From NCBI GenBank assembly GCA_022560875.1, contig JADFSH010000022.1:1-37314 (forward strand): a DNA stretch of 37,314 nt. Reading direction: 5' to 3'. The stretch's first letter is position 1. Each line of letters starts with the position of its first letter. A program made the position numbers and the translations under genes. Positions 9,037 to 17,153 of this stretch are shown here, piece by piece. Origin of the DNA: Planctomycetota bacterium. Its GTDB lineage: Bacteria > Planctomycetota > Phycisphaerae > Phycisphaerales > SM1A02. The notes below the pieces were generated by a model. It did no database searches, was not told the DNA's origin, and saw nothing but the letters and a program-made list of their open reading frames with translations.

Positions 9037-10581
9037 ATGAGCCAGCAATTTATTTGCCCAACCACAATGAAGTTGTCCGAACTGATTTGCGATCTGCCGG
9101 TCGAAAGTGTCCGAGGATCCGATGACCTTTGTATTCATCGGATTGTCGAAGATTCGAGACTGGCGGAGGAAGGATGTCTGTTCGTCGCCCGGGCGGGACT
9201 GAAGAGTGACGGTCGCATGTTCATCGGGGATGCCATAGAGGCGGGGGCGGTTGCGGTGCTGTGCAATGATGCTGAAGCGGTGCCGCCGGGGGTAAGTCCG
9301 GGGGTATCTCCGGGGGTGGCCGTCATTGTCGCCAACGATGTCCCTCTCATCGCCGCGATGCTGGCGGAGCGGTTTCACCACCACCCGTCCCGTCGATTGC
9401 GTCTCGTGGGCATCACCGGGACCAACGGCAAGACGACCACCGCCCATCTCATTCATCACATCCTGAAGGCCGCGGATACGCCCTGCGGCCTCATCGGGAC
9501 CGTCTGCATTGACAATGGACGTGAGACCCATCAGGGAGATTTGACCACGCCGTCCGCTTTCGAGATCAGCCGCCTCCTGAGCGACATGTGCGAAAACAAG
9601 TGCGCAACCTGTGTGCTGGAAGCATCGAGCCACGCCCTTCATCAGCGGCGCACCGCAGGGCTGGATTTTCACATTGGCGTCTTCACCAATCTTTCCGGCG
9701 ATCACATGGATTATCACGGCACGTCTCAGGCCTACCTCGATGCCAAGGCGATTCTCTTCGAGTCGCTTCCTGAAGATGGCTGGGCGGTGGTCAACCTCGA
9801 TGATCCCGTCTCGCAGGAGATCATCAGCCGCAGTCGAAGCCGCATTCTGACCTGCGGGATAGATGCGCAGAAAGCGGATTGCCATGCTCATATCGGTCGG
9901 CAGACGATTGATGGCCTTGAGGCGACGATGACCGGCCCGTGGGGATCGATCGAGATTCGGCTCCCTCTCGTCGGTCGTCACAATGTCATGAACGCGCTTC
10001 AGGCTTTTACGGTCGCTCACCTCCTCGGCATCGATGCCATCGCGATTCAGCAAAGCCTGATCCAGTGCAGTCCGCCTCCGGGGCGTCTCGAACCGGTGGG
10101 ATGCGGAGAGATTGAGTACCGCGTTTTTGTCGATTATGCGCACACCGACGATGCGCTGGACAATGTGCTGGGATCGCTCAAGCCGCTGGTCCCCGCCGGG
10201 GGCGTGCTTCGAGTGGTGTTTGGTTGCGGGGGAGACCGGGATCGAACCAAGCGTCCCCGGATGGCCCGGATCGCTTGTCGATGGGCTGATGAAGTCATCA
10301 TCACCTCGGACAATCCACGCACGGAATCTCCGGAAGCGATTCTCAAGGATATCCTGGCCGGGGTGCCCGATGACCGGGACGAATCCGCCTATTGCCTCGT
10401 TGATCGGCAAAAGGCGATCGAGTTCGCCATCGAGCGATCACGGGCCGGGGATGTCATCCTGATCGCAGGTAAGGGACACGAGGATTACCAGATCATCGGG
10501 AGCACGAGGCGGCCCTTTGATGACCGTATCATCGCCGGGAAAGCGATTGCGCACCGGCTCGCCGGAGTGGGGGCGTCATGA
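9037..10581 (+). CDS. murE: UDP-N-acetylmuramoyl-L-alanyl-D-glutamate--2,6-diaminopimelate ligase
   Basis: Mur ligase P-loop 'GITGTNGKTTT'. 'TTPSAFEISRLL', 'VLEASSHAL' and 'DYAHTDDAL' (the DNPR-type region 'TSDNPRTE' is present, typical of MurE). Alternative start ATG 9067. Contains an in-frame 3x12-nt tandem repeat encoding PGVSPGVSPGVAV. Confidence 0.92.
   Translation: MSQQFICPTTMKLSELICDLPVESVRGSDDLCIHRIVEDSRLAEEGCLFVARAGLKSDGRMFIGDAIEAGAVAVLCNDAEAVPPGVSPGVSPGVAVIVANDVPLIAAMLAERFHHHPSRRLRLVGITGTNGKTTTAHLIHHILKAADTPCGLIGTVCIDNGRETHQGDLTTPSAFEISRLLSDMCENKCATCVLEASSHALHQRRTAGLDFHIGVFTNLSGDHMDYHGTSQAYLDAKAILFESLPEDGWAVVNLDDPVSQEIISRSRSRILTCGIDAQKADCHAHIGRQTIDGLEATMTGPWGSIEIRLPLVGRHNVMNALQAFTVAHLLGIDAIAIQQSLIQCSPPPGRLEPVGCGEIEYRVFVDYAHTDDALDNVLGSLKPLVPAGGVLRVVFGCGGDRDRTKRPRMARIACRWADEVIITSDNPRTESPEAILKDILAGVPDDRDESAYCLVDRQKAIEFAIERSRAGDVILIAGKGHEDYQIIGSTRRPFDDRIIAGKAIAHRLAGVGAS
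9286..9321 (+). repeat. in-frame 12-nt x3 tandem repeat (ccgggggtaagt / ccgggggtatct / ccgggggtggcc) inside murE
   Basis: Seen directly. Encodes P-G-V-S-P-G-V-S-P-G-V-A in the N-terminal domain of MurE. Confidence 0.7.
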
Positions 10582-12041
10582 GTTTTTTTACGCCCAACAA
10601 TCTGCAATCCGTCACCAGCGGGCGATGGCTCAAACGTGGAGATGACCAATTCCTCCTCCACGGCGTGGGCATCGACACCCGGTCGGACCTGACGAACAAA
10701 GCCTATTTCGCCATTCGGGGGCAGCAGTACGATGGCCATGACTTTCTCGGTGATGCGGTCGCCGCCGGTGCGAAAATGCTTTTCGTCGATCGCGACATTG
10801 ACGACGGAGTATTGGCGCATGACGTCAGCATTGTCAAGGTCAGTGACAGCGTCACGGCTTTGGGGCGGATGGCCCGGGCCTACCGACAAACGCTCAATTC
10901 CACCAAAGTGATCGCCATCACCGGTTCCGCCGGCAAGACGACGACCAAGCGCCTCATCGAAGCGGTGCTTTCGGGCAGTCTGCGGGGGACCGCCGCCCCA
11001 CGATCGTTCAACAACAACATCGGCTTGCCCCTGTCGATTCTCAGGGCCGAGCCGAAGGACAACTATCTCATCCTCGAGATCGGGGCCAACACCCCGGGTG
11101 AGATTGCGCATCTTTCGGAAATCGCCATGCCGGACATCGCCGTCATCACCATGATCGGGCGGAGTCATCTGGAGGGGTTCGGCACCGTGGAGAATGTCGC
11201 CCGGGAAAAAGCTTCGATGCTCCTGTTCCTCAAGCGGGGCGGGTTGAGAGTACTCCATGCCGATTCCCCGGAGCTTGCGCGTTGCATCAAGGCTCCCGGT
11301 AAATGTGTCACATTCGGCGAATCGTCCGATGCGGATATTCGCTTGACGGATCGGGAGGTTGGAGCTTCCAAAAAGGGGGAAGTTTCGTGGTTCGAGGTCA
11401 ACGGGCGTTTTCGATATCAACTTTCCCTGCCGGGTCGTCACAACGCCATCAACGCCCTGGCCGCAATCGCGGTCGGGAGACGCTTTGGCGTGAGCGATGA
11501 GACCATGAGCAACGCGCTGGGACAGGTTGATCCCGTCGCGATGCGTTTCGAGAAGACATGCATCGGCAAGGTGGATGTCTACAACGACACCTACAACGCG
11601 AATCCGGATTCGGTCATTGCCGCGCTGGAGACATTCGCCGAACTCAAGCCCCGTCGTCGTCGGCGCGTCATCGCCCTGGGTGACATGCTCGAATTGGGCG
11701 ACAAGTGCGAAGAGCTGCATCGCGAGATCGGTCGCTACATCCTGGACAATGAATCACGCCTCAAGATCGACTTCGTGGTGACGGTGGGAAAACATGCGGC
11801 ATATATCGCCGACGAGTTGGCGGTGAAATGGCCGGCAAAACGCATTGCCTCGTTCCGAAAAGGAAACAAGGATACCCTCGCCCTGCTTTCAAGCCAGTTG
11901 CGTGACGGGGGAGCGGTCCTGCTGAAGGGATCCCGGGGAGTCGGGCTGGACAAACTAGTGGGTCGCCTGAAAAAGACCCTCGATCTTTCCACCAAGATGA
12001 AGAAACCTGCCAAGCAAGGAAAACGAAAAAAGAAAACCTGA
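10578..12041 (+). CDS. murF: UDP-N-acetylmuramoyl-tripeptide--D-alanyl-D-alanine ligase
   Basis: Start overlaps the murE stop (ATGA). P-loop 'ITGSAGKTTTK'. 'DTYNANPDS' (MurF-type, no DNPR). A C-terminal Mur ligase domain. Unusual Lys-rich C-terminal tail 'STKMKKPAKQGKRKKKT'. Confidence 0.9.
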   Translation: MSFFTPNNLQSVTSGRWLKRGDDQFLLHGVGIDTRSDLTNKAYFAIRGQQYDGHDFLGDAVAAGAKMLFVDRDIDDGVLAHDVSIVKVSDSVTALGRMARAYRQTLNSTKVIAITGSAGKTTTKRLIEAVLSGSLRGTAAPRSFNNNIGLPLSILRAEPKDNYLILEIGANTPGEIAHLSEIAMPDIAVITMIGRSHLEGFGTVENVAREKASMLLFLKRGGLRVLHADSPELARCIKAPGKCVTFGESSDADIRLTDREVGASKKGEVSWFEVNGRFRYQLSLPGRHNAINALAAIAVGRRFGVSDETMSNALGQVDPVAMRFEKTCIGKVDVYNDTYNANPDSVIAALETFAELKPRRRRRVIALGDMLELGDKCEELHREIGRYILDNESRLKIDFVVTVGKHAAYIADELAVKWPAKRIASFRKGNKDTLALLSSQLRDGGAVLLKGSRGVGLDKLVGRLKKTLDLSTKMKKPAKQGKRKKKT

Positions 12042-12119
12042 CCCGGACTGCTCGCGGCTGATGTCATGGGAAGCTGATCGAGGATACGGGCGTGAACAGG
12101 ATTGAGAATAAGCGAACCG

Positions 12120-13289
12120 ATGCTGTATAACCTTCTGCAATATACGGATGAATGGCTGGACTCGATCGGTCTGTTTTCCGTGCTCCAAGTGCTGTATCAG
12201 CTTGAGTTTCGGGCGTTCTTTGCCGTCCTGTTCAGTTTTCTCATCGTGCTCGTCTTTGGCAAGCCGACGATTCGGTGGCTGATCAAGCAGAAAGTCGGCG
12301 ATCAGCCTGAGTTTTATCATTCCGATGTCAACGAACTGATGGCTTCCAAGGCCGCCACCCCGACCATGGGGGGTATCCTCATCTGCTCGTCGATCTTTCT
12401 CACCATCGCCTTGTTTGCCGATCTCCGTAACAGCTATGTCCACCTGTCTCTGATCGTCCTGGGCTGGCTGGCGGTGGTCGGGGGATTCGACGACTGGCTC
12501 AAGCTCACCTCCGCCACCCGCAAGCCCGGCTCGCGCGAAGGGTTGTATGCCTGGGAGAAGCTCCTCTTCCAACTCGGCATCGGGGCGGTGGCGGGTTTCT
12601 TTCTGTATCGCAACACGTTTGACAATGACGTCGCCCATGTGCTCGTGCTTCCGCTGCAACGCACCTACGTGCCGAACGCGGAGTCGCTGGTGCTGGAGGA
12701 GGGGGTGATCGTGCTGGGCTTTGCGGCGTTCATGATCATCGCCACCCTGCTTATCGCAGGAACCTCCAACGCCGTGAACCTGACCGACGGCATGGACGGG
12801 CTGGCGGGGGGAAACATGATCGTCGCCTCGATGGCGATGATGGCGCTGTGTTTTATCGCGGGTGATGTGCAGACCGCCGGATATCTGCTGTTTCCGCATG
12901 TACCGGGTACGGGTGAGTTGATGATCGTCACCGGGGCCATGGCGGGGGCTTGTCTGGGATTTCTCTGGTACAACTGCGCGCCGGCCCAGGTGTTCATGGG
13001 CGATACGGGATCGTTGCCTCTGGGCGGATTGCTCGCCTTCATCGCCATGGCGATCCGTCAGGAAATTCTGCTGTTGGTGATCGGCGGCGTGTTCTTCCTG
13101 GAAATGTTCAGCGTGATCGTGCAGGTGGGCTACTTCAAGTGGACGGGCGGCAAGCGGCTTCTTCGCTGCTCGCCCATTCATCATCATTACCACCTCGGAG
13201 GCTGGTCGGAACAGCAGGTGGTGACTCGGTTCTGGGTGCTGTCGGTGGTGTGCGCGATGATCGCGTTAGTATCCGTAAAACTGCGATAA
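12120..13289 (+). CDS. mraY: phospho-N-acetylmuramoyl-pentapeptide transferase
   Basis: ORF 12102..13289. 'NAVNLTDGMDGLAGG' is the MraY/WecA family signature. 'MGDTGSLPLGG' and the C-terminal 'HHHYHLGGWSEQQVVTRFWV' are conserved MraY blocks. Start 12120 (MLYNLL...) preferred. Confidence 0.92.
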   Translation: MLYNLLQYTDEWLDSIGLFSVLQVLYQLEFRAFFAVLFSFLIVLVFGKPTIRWLIKQKVGDQPEFYHSDVNELMASKAATPTMGGILICSSIFLTIALFADLRNSYVHLSLIVLGWLAVVGGFDDWLKLTSATRKPGSREGLYAWEKLLFQLGIGAVAGFFLYRNTFDNDVAHVLVLPLQRTYVPNAESLVLEEGVIVLGFAAFMIIATLLIAGTSNAVNLTDGMDGLAGGNMIVASMAMMALCFIAGDVQTAGYLLFPHVPGTGELMIVTGAMAGACLGFLWYNCAPAQVFMGDTGSLPLGGLLAFIAMAIRQEILLLVIGGVFFLEMFSVIVQVGYFKWTGGKRLLRCSPIHHHYHLGGWSEQQVVTRFWVLSVVCAMIALVSVKLR

Positions 13290-13309
13290 CCGATACAGAT
13301 CGTGCGCCG

Positions 13310-13365
13310 GGGGAATACTGGGGGGGTAGGGGCGTCCGATAGTCGGGGTGTCCGGGGGTCCGGGG
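13310..13365 (+). repeat. G-tract cluster with G-quadruplex potential (G5-N6-G7-N2-G4-N12-G4-N5-G5-N3-G4) on the + strand
   Basis: Seen directly: gggggaatactgggggggtaggggcgtccgatagtcggggtgtccgggggtccgggg. It lies in the 144-nt gap between the mraY stop and the thioredoxin gene. Confidence 0.5.
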
Positions 13366-13433
13366 TCCAGTGCTTGTGAAGAGTCGTCGATGACCATGAA
13401 GACTTGGGGTCAATCCAGTCCAGGAGAATCTCG

Positions 13434-13952
13434 ATGCTGCTTCCCTCGCCCCCCGGCCCCCCCGCGTCCCCCTCGCAGGAAGACGAACTTGCCCCGCCGA
13501 TCGAAGACGTCGCGTCGGATTCTCAAAGATCGGGACTTTCCGCGTTCTTCGTGTTCCTCATCATCGGCGTGTCCTGCCTGCTCATTTGGCTGGTCTTCAG
13601 TCCATCCGGAGCCCATGCCGCGTGGTACGATTCGATCGACAAAGGCACCATTCAAGCCGAGCTAACCCGCAAGCCCATGCTCGTGTTTTATACCGCGGAC
13701 TGGTGCCCCCCCTGCAAAATGCTCAAGAAGCAGACCTTTGCCGATGATCAGGTCGCGAAATATCTCGCAGACAATTACATCCTCATCAAGATCGATCTGA
13801 CTGATCGCCAAAGTCCCAACCAGGCGATCGCCCGGGAGTACGAAGTCCGCTCCATCCCGACCATGTTCATCTACACCTCACTTGGCATAGAAATAGACTC
13901 TATAAACGGATTCATACCCCCTCGCGAATTTCTGGAATGGATCAGAAAGTGA
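13434..13952 (+). CDS. membrane-anchored thioredoxin-fold protein (CPPC active site)
   Basis: ORF 13404..13952. Start ATG 13434 has AGGAG 7 nt upstream. Pro-rich N-terminus and one TM helix (FFVFLIIGVSCLLIWLVF). Thioredoxin fold with 'FYTADWCPPCKMLK' (CxxC = CPPC) and a downstream cis-Pro region 'SIPTM'. Confidence 0.75.
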   Translation: MLLPSPPGPPASPSQEDELAPPIEDVASDSQRSGLSAFFVFLIIGVSCLLIWLVFSPSGAHAAWYDSIDKGTIQAELTRKPMLVFYTADWCPPCKMLKKQTFADDQVAKYLADNYILIKIDLTDRQSPNQAIAREYEVRSIPTMFIYTSLGIEIDSINGFIPPREFLEWIRK

Positions 13953-13995
13953 TGAGATCGCATTTGAGATTGCGGGGATCGGTTAACTGCCCGGA

Positions 13996-15177
13996 TCAAC
14001 GGCGAGGCATCATGTCATCAAGGGGGATCTCCGCGCCGGACACGCTGAACTTCTTCACGAAGCGAAAATCTCTGAGAAGCGTGATCAGCAGCCGCATGTC
14101 ATCGTGCAAAGGTGCCAAAAAACGCATCGGCTGATCTTGTATCGGGTGGGTGAACCCGAGCAAGGCGGCATGGAGAGCCTGTCTTGTGATCAGCGGCTCG
14201 CGCGGACCATGTTCGGATGTACCTTTCGGGCCGACGACATCACCGAATTTCAGGTGCTTTCCGCCATACATATCGTCGCCCACGATCGGATAGCCGAGAT
14301 GGGAGAGATGAATGCGGATCTGATGGGTTCGCCCTGACTTGAGTTCGAGTTCGACGAGAGAAAAATCCTCGTAGATCTCACGCACCCGATAGATCGTGAC
14401 GGAGGGCTTGCCCTTCTCGTCCCAGCGTACGGCGTATTTCTCCCGCTCGGTCGGATGCTTACCCAGGGGAAACTCAACAATATCGGCGCGGGGCTCCACC
14501 TGGCCGTGCACCACCGCGAGATAACGTTTCTCTATCTTGCGTTGCTCGAATTGCTTGCCCAGTCGCCAATGCGCGGTGTCCGACTTGGCGGCAACCATGA
14601 CCCCGGTGGTATGCCGGTCGAGCCGGTGGACGACCCCGGGACGGGCGAATTTCTCGCCGACGCTGGAGAGCGCGCCGTTGGAGCAGTTCTGGAAGTGCCA
14701 GGCGAGCCCGTTGATGAGCGTGCCCGAGAGGTTACCCCGGGCCGGATGGACGATGATGTCGTCCTGCTTGTTGATGACGATGAGATCGTCATCCTCATAG
14801 AGAATGTCCAGGGGGATTTCCTCCGCCGGCAGTTCGTTGCTCGGAGGCGGAGGAATGACGACCGAAATCCTGTCGCCCAACCGGAGCCTGGTCGAGGCCT
14901 TGGGAATGCGGTCGTTGACGATCACCGCCTGCTCTTTGATCAGACGCTGGAGAGAGGTCCGGGAGATGAAGGGAATGCGATCGACCAGGTATTTATCAAG
15001 CCGCTTGTTCAAATCGCGCGACAGCGTGAAATGAACGGTGACTTGGTGCTCATCGTCGCCTTCGGTCTGTTCATAGAGTGCGAAAAGCGCGCTGCGATCG
15101 ACTTTTCCTCCGGGGCCGATGAGGTTGGGTTCGTCCGTGGGGATGAACGTATGCGGCGTGTCTTCGCCCGCAGGCAT
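13996..15177 (-). CDS. rluD: RluA-family 23S rRNA pseudouridine synthase (RluD-like, with N-terminal S4 domain)
   Basis: 393 aa. S4-like region 'RLDKYLVDRIPFISRTSLQRLIKEQAVIVNDR'. Catalytic motif 'HRLDRHTTGVMVAAK' (HRLD Asp). 'AVVHG' downstream block. Long N-terminal extension (~60 aa). Confidence 0.87.
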   Translation of the reverse strand: MPAGEDTPHTFIPTDEPNLIGPGGKVDRSALFALYEQTEGDDEHQVTVHFTLSRDLNKRLDKYLVDRIPFISRTSLQRLIKEQAVIVNDRIPKASTRLRLGDRISVVIPPPPSNELPAEEIPLDILYEDDDLIVINKQDDIIVHPARGNLSGTLINGLAWHFQNCSNGALSSVGEKFARPGVVHRLDRHTTGVMVAAKSDTAHWRLGKQFEQRKIEKRYLAVVHGQVEPRADIVEFPLGKHPTEREKYAVRWDEKGKPSVTIYRVREIYEDFSLVELELKSGRTHQIRIHLSHLGYPIVGDDMYGGKHLKFGDVVGPKGTSEHGPREPLITRQALHAALLGFTHPIQDQPMRFLAPLHDDMRLLITLLRDFRFVKKFSVSGAEIPLDDMMPRR

Positions 15178-15947
15178 CAGGGCTTATCCAGGTCGGGGGA
15201 GATGAATTCCTCAAAGGCCCTGTTGATGGAAATCGGCTCAAGACTGTTCGTGGTGGATGCGGTTAGAAGAGCCTGCATTTGCTGAACGGTGATCAGTGAG
15301 ATTTCAGTTGCCACCAGATCAGCGGTTTCGATCCGCCCGCGAGCCTGCTCGGCGAGCTTGGGATAATACGGCTCGACCCGCTCCGCGGCGGCAGTGAGAT
15401 ACGCACGGGCCTGCTCAGTATCACCTCGGGATTCGGCAATGGCGGCTCGGCCGTTGTGGGCATTAACGACAAGAAGAGTCAGGGGGAGGTCATGATCATC
15501 CGATTCAATGATCGTCTGGTACAGCTTGTCCGCGCGATCGAGGTATTGGGTGCGTTCCTCATCCGTGAGAGTTGTTGTTTGCGTTCCGTCGGCGCTGAGT
15601 GGGGTATTGGTATTGACGGCGCTAAGCAGTATTGTTGCCGCGAACATCCGGGAGAGGTGAGGAATGGCCCCGACATCGTCATACTGCATGGCGACATCCT
15701 CAAGGCTACTGGGCAGCCCGCTGGCGAGGCTTTCCTGGTAAGCCTGCCATGCTTCGTAGACATAATTCTGCTTTTGCTCCTGCCAACGTATCCACAGGAC
15801 GTACGAGCATAGTGCCACCAGGATGATGAGCAGGTACGTCGGGCCTGATGTCTTGAGCCAGGTCACGAAATCCTCGTTGAGACGGCTTTCGGTGAGATCG
15901 CTCTGATGAATCTCTTTGAGGCGGTTACGATCCATGTTGGGAATCAT
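15177..15947 (-). CDS. single-pass membrane protein with periplasmic helical domain (YfgM/TPR-like; hypothetical)
   Basis: ORF 15177..16022. Start placed at ATG 15935 (MDRNRLKEI...). Its stop overlaps the rluD start (ATGA). 'EDFVTWLKTSGPTYLLIILVALCSYVLWIRW' is one TM helix. The remainder is helical and Ala-rich, loosely resembling the YfgM ancillary SecYEG-subunit architecture. Weak call. Confidence 0.5.
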   Translation of the reverse strand: MIPNMDRNRLKEIHQSDLTESRLNEDFVTWLKTSGPTYLLIILVALCSYVLWIRWQEQKQNYVYEAWQAYQESLASGLPSSLEDVAMQYDDVGAIPHLSRMFAATILLSAVNTNTPLSADGTQTTTLTDEERTQYLDRADKLYQTIIESDDHDLPLTLLVVNAHNGRAAIAESRGDTEQARAYLTAAAERVEPYYPKLAEQARGRIETADLVATEISLITVQQMQALLTASTTNSLEPISINRAFEEFISPDLDKP

Positions 15948-16070
15948 CCTTTGCGGGACGGGGGGTACAGGGCATCCGAGGCGGCGTCCGGGGGGAAAGC
16001 GATATCGTATCCGGGGCCGCAACCCCGGGCAATGAGCCGGCTTGCCGGTCCGACAGAAGGCTGGCGGGCA

Positions 16071-17042
16071 TTATTTGAGTTCTTGCAGTGACGATTCCAA
16101 CCGTTCCAGGCACTTTTCGAGGTACGTCGGGTGTCCTTCGGAACGGATGAACTTCGGGGCGGTCGAGGCAAGCAGAGCCCGGCGAATCGTGGCCAGACGC
16201 GAATAGTGCTCCTCCACGGGCAGCCCCAGCTTCTTTCTTTCCCGGGCCAGCGTTTTGACCGGGGGATGCGGTTTGAGTCGTTCGGGTTTCGCCCACAGTT
16301 GGCGTTCGAGATAAACCGCATCCTCGATCCAGTTGCCGGCATGGACTTCCGCCAGATCGATCAGATGCACCGGCCCGTCGTCCATTCCGGTCCGGCTCAT
16401 GGCGTTGGCGAGATGCAGATCGCCATGAAGCCATTGAGAAGTGTCACGGGCTCGCCATTCAGACACGATGTCATCCAGCCGGTTACGGAATACCTTGAGT
16501 GCTTTCTTCCATCGTTGGGAATGATTAATCTGGTTGATCTTGAGGCTTTCCTGCGAGCCCTTCAGTAGTTCGTTCCAGTCTTCCCGATTTGGAGCCTGGT
16601 CAACGACAAACGCACTTGCTCGGGCGTAAAAGCGGGCGGCCGCTTCCGAAATCCGGAGAATGTGAGAATCGTTCCAGTGCAATCCGAGGGGGCCATGGGA
16701 AAACTGTTCGATCACGATCCATGCGAGATCGTAGCCGCCAAGTGTTTCTCCCGAGGCGAACAAGCGGGGCACGGGAGAGACCGGCGAGTTGGCATTCTGG
16801 AGTCTTTTTGTCCACAGCAACTCCCGCAGGACGACGGGTAATTTAATCACGACCGGATGATCGCTTCCATCCGGAAGTGTGAAGACCGCTTTGGCGGTCG
16901 CCGCTCCGCCCCGTTGCCAGTCGGCCTTAAACCAGGTGATGTCGCTGAGTTTGTTGTCGCAGGCCTCGATTACGAGTGGGGCAAGGCTTGCGGCCAGGCC
17001 GCGTGCATCCGCCGGGACAGCCTTACTGGCATCTCGGCTCAT
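16071..17042 (-). CDS. phosphotransferase-family protein (APH/choline-kinase-like kinase fold)
   Basis: 323 aa. Catalytic-loop motif 'WLHGDLHLANAM' (HGDxHxxN) and downstream 'VHLIDLAEV' (the Mg-binding IDxxE/DFG-equivalent), characteristic of the aminoglycoside/ethanolamine kinase-like superfamily. Substrate unknown. Confidence 0.7.
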   Translation of the reverse strand: MSRDASKAVPADARGLAASLAPLVIEACDNKLSDITWFKADWQRGGAATAKAVFTLPDGSDHPVVIKLPVVLRELLWTKRLQNANSPVSPVPRLFASGETLGGYDLAWIVIEQFSHGPLGLHWNDSHILRISEAAARFYARASAFVVDQAPNREDWNELLKGSQESLKINQINHSQRWKKALKVFRNRLDDIVSEWRARDTSQWLHGDLHLANAMSRTGMDDGPVHLIDLAEVHAGNWIEDAVYLERQLWAKPERLKPHPPVKTLARERKKLGLPVEEHYSRLATIRRALLASTAPKFIRSEGHPTYLEKCLERLESSLQELK

Positions 17043-17153
17043 GGGCGGGACTCCGATCGGCTGTCCATATCAGCAGCGTACGGTCTGGGACGACAGGCGA
17101 CAAGGCCAATACCCCGCTTGCCTGGAGAAGTCACTCCGTCTAGGTTCACCATC

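Noticed and set aside
8800-10410. 536-aa ORF on the minus strand antisense to murE (and similar long antisense ORFs: 1365..2552 vs pyrG, 10485..11720 vs murF, 11955..13193 vs mraY, 27370..28605 vs sthA, 29337..30527 vs hppD, 3913..4650 vs the TPR gene, 58..687 vs the small membrane protein)
   Set aside because: Each lies entirely inside and opposite a gene with unmistakable conserved family motifs. Long stop-free antisense frames are expected at ~60% GC. The translations are low-complexity Arg/Pro/Gly-rich with no motifs.
16857-17153. 5' extension of the Cof hydrolase ORF (ORF track starts at 16857)
   Set aside because: That stretch overlaps the well-supported APH-like kinase gene on the opposite strand. 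The HAD motif I (DxDGT) sits right after the internal ATG at 17154, so the upstream part is not coding.
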